The notes beneath the pieces are model-generated. The model worked only from the letters and a program-made list of their open reading frames with translations, was not told the origin of the DNA and ran no database searches. Both the position numbers and the translations under genes were made by a program. A DNA stretch of 64,000 bases from a virus. This document shows positions 62,970 through 64,000 of this stretch, piece by piece. Each line of letters begins with the position of its first letter. Positions within the stretch are counted from its first letter, which is position 1. The stretch spans positions 39,757-103,756 of IMG/VR virus record IMGVR_UViG_3300031999_000005, one strand, 5' to 3'.

Positions 62970-63281
62970 ATGACCAGACGAGGAGCAGTAGCGTTGCTGG
63001 CGGTTGTCGCCGGTATTGCATCAAAGCTGGCCGCTTCACAGGTACTCGCTACTTTCAAGGGCGTTGTCACCAAGAAGAAAGAAGCCGCGTACCAAGCATG
63101 TCTTGCCAAACACGAGAAACAGAATACCATCGCTTCCGGATGTACGCCACCCGACCTCGACGCGCCTTTCTGGTGCGAGATCAATGCCGATGTTTGGAGT
63201 GGTATCCGCATTGTCTCCGGCAAGGAAACCGTCGAGATCACGATGGCGGAAGTGATGGAGGCGCTGCGGGCACCACGATAA
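62970..63281 (+). CDS. exported small protein (possible Tat/Sec signal)
   Basis: MTRRGAVALLAVVAGIA; AAGGAG RBS. Confidence 0.55.
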   Translation: MTRRGAVALLAVVAGIASKLAASQVLATFKGVVTKKKEAAYQACLAKHEKQNTIASGCTPPDLDAPFWCEINADVWSGIRIVSGKETVEITMAEVMEALRAPR

Positions 63282-63317
63282 GGGGACGGTCGCCATTCGT
63301 GAGAAGGAGAAACAGTA

Positions 63318-63524
63318 ATGATCGAAGCAGGGAAGGGGGTGAAGCCATTGTTTGTTCTAAACGACGACTATGAAAATCCTGTCGACGACGCTTCCCATAA
63401 GTTTATTGAGTATGAACGGGAAATGCAAGTGGTTTGCAGCCGGTGTGGATTCTGTTACGAACTGGGCGGAGGCCATAAATGCCCCGGTGCAAAGCATGAA
63501 GGCTGCAACTCTAGACGAGTATAA
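63318..63524 (+). CDS. hypothetical protein
   Basis: AAGGAG RBS; CSRCG motif. Confidence 0.45.
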   Translation: MIEAGKGVKPLFVLNDDYENPVDDASHKFIEYEREMQVVCSRCGFCYELGGGHKCPGAKHEGCNSRRV

Positions 63525-63551
63525 AGCCGCCATTCGTGGGAAGGAAATGAG

Positions 63552-63929
63552 ATGAAGAGGCTCTGGTGGCACGGTACAACGACCGAATGCGCTAGGGTGA
63601 TTTTGCGCGAGGGCTTCCGCAAGGGGACATACTACGCTGCACAACTTGAGGATGCCTTGAAGTTTGGTGGTCCCCATGTCTTTACAGTGGCCTTTTCAGT
63701 CAATAGGCGGGCCGGGGCGGTGAAACTATATGATCCTGGTTTGCGCATATGGCAGGTTTGCCTGGACAATAAACTGCCGCCAGAAGCAATCGTGGGTTAT
63801 CGCATCTATCACGTTGAACAAAAGTTCTACAACGCAGAGAAGATAGACAAGCGGTTTAACGGATGGCAGGACGGCGAAATGGCGTGCTGTGAACAGACCG
63901 CCATTCGCAATGGACCTACGGGTCGTTGA
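63552..63929 (+). CDS. ADP-ribosyltransferase-fold (H-Y type) protein
   Basis: WHGT.....ILREGF..GTYYA....A..FG...V motif. Confidence 0.55.
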   Translation: MKRLWWHGTTTECARVILREGFRKGTYYAAQLEDALKFGGPHVFTVAFSVNRRAGAVKLYDPGLRIWQVCLDNKLPPEAIVGYRIYHVEQKFYNAEKIDKRFNGWQDGEMACCEQTAIRNGPTGR

Positions 63930-64000
63930 CGATGCGCTTGTATCGCTCATCACCAGGTGCGAAGTCTGAAGAACGCATTGGCGCGACTCAATCGCAAGGA

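Noticed and set aside
1-64000. Stop-codon reassignment
   Set aside because: Genes are full length under the standard code and end in TAA, TAG and TGA with tight coupling.

Overview
The window is a ~58% GC, almost entirely +strand segment of a tailed, podovirus-like bacteriophage or prophage. No tape measure or tail tube is visible; the host is probably a diderm bacterium, inferred from Sec, Tat and lipoprotein signal peptides. Gene order: (1) methylase/HNH block and small accessory genes (1-11.2 kb); (2) structured ncRNA cluster plus tRNA-Pro; (3) packaging and head module: TerS, TerL with a LAGLIDADG intein, portal, scaffold, major capsid gene split by a group I intron carrying a LAGLIDADG ORF, a free-standing PD-(D/E)XK nuclease, two duplicated decoration-like gene pairs; (4) neck and tail module; (5) GNAT, ejection proteins and a 3502-aa polyvalent protein (ParB-like, HExxH, Strawberry-notch-type SF2 helicase); (6) holin-like gene, divergent HTH gene, recombination genes and small early genes. 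Main candidate novel system: an exported tail-fibre module. Fibre/spike genes carry Sec signal peptides and even numbers of cysteines, and sit with a Spy/CpxP-like protein, a lipoprotein HExxH peptidase and secreted coiled-coil paralogues. Separately, a capsid A-domain paralogue is fused to a Tat signal. Other notable items: a two-frame EcoHK31I-type C5 methyltransferase with a nested HNH gene, a dispersed 18-bp palindrome (9 copies), a repeated LE[AP]LP motif punctuating the giant protein, and a tRNA-like RNA. All family assignments are from motif recognition by eye; no database searches were run.
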